DNA of 32,000 nucleotides from an uncultured Clostridia bacterium (GTDB lineage Bacteria; Bacillota; Clostridia; Christensenellales; JAWKQI01): NCBI GenBank assembly GCA_964453645.1, contig CAYVRJ010000011.1, positions 20,294 to 52,293 of the forward strand, read 5' to 3'. Shown piece by piece: positions 31,932 to 32,000 of this stretch (position 1 is its first letter; each line of letters starts with the position of its first letter). The notes under the pieces were generated by a model. It saw only the letters and a program-made list of their open reading frames with translations, ran no database searches and was not told where the DNA came from. The position numbers and the translations under genes were made by a program.

Positions 31932-32000
31932 CTACTTTCTGCTGTAGTCGCCCGTGAGCACTGCTTGGGCTTTCACATGCCCCTCCATAGCACTTTCCAA
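31932..32000 (-). CDS. 3' end (22 codons) of a gene entering from the right, possibly Sel1-like repeat protein
   Basis: The minus-strand frame is open from 32000: LESAMEGHVKAQAVLTGDYSRK then TAG (31934-31932). The A.EGH..AQ..LG..Y pattern resembles a Sel1 repeat. This is far too short to be sure. Confidence 0.3.
   Translation of the reverse strand: MESAMEGHVKAQAVLTGDYSRK

Overview
This is a chromosomal segment with Firmicutes/Clostridia-type signals: AGGAGG-like RBSs, TTGACA-17-TATAAT promoters, lipobox binding proteins, and tightly packed or overlapping genes. It is roughly 90% coding. Everything is on the minus strand except a YesL-family gene, a 30-codon peptide gene and a penicillin-binding-protein gene. 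I saw no rRNA, tRNA, CRISPR array, transposase or integrase. Left to right: (1) a partial TetR regulator; (2) remnants of an HXXEE membrane-protein gene; (3) an SRPBCC-MarR operon; (4) a YaiI/YwbE small-protein operon carrying a decapitated methyltransferase; (5) YesL; (6) a GntR/FadR-led carbohydrate-type ABC importer (binding protein plus 2 permeases, no ATPase) ending in a Cys/Met-family PLP lyase; (7) a 30-aa hydrophobic peptide gene faced by a perfect-consensus convergent promoter, which looks like a type I toxin-antitoxin locus; (8) a 4-TM bis-His membrane protein with an FMN-binding domain. The main feature follows: a ~13.6-kb, 12-13-gene minus-strand operon (24839 down to 11278/10725). 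It looks like a rebuilt version of the uncharacterised E. coli yhfZ-yhfY-yhfX-yhfW-php-yhfU-yhfT-yhfS cluster. php is absent, a hydantoinase/oxoprolinase A/B pair and an NCS1 permease are inserted, and the operon ends with its own HPr and PTS Enzyme I. HPr and Enzyme I are separated by a 59-bp tandem duplication that creates a coupled uORF. To the right lie a PF04392-type ABC importer, a MecA/PBP2a-like class B PBP with a ~75-aa Pro/Glu/Lys-rich insertion, a DUF5050-like lipoprotein, and the last 22 codons of a Sel1-like gene. All family assignments come from reading motifs by eye and from memory of family signatures; no database search was possible.
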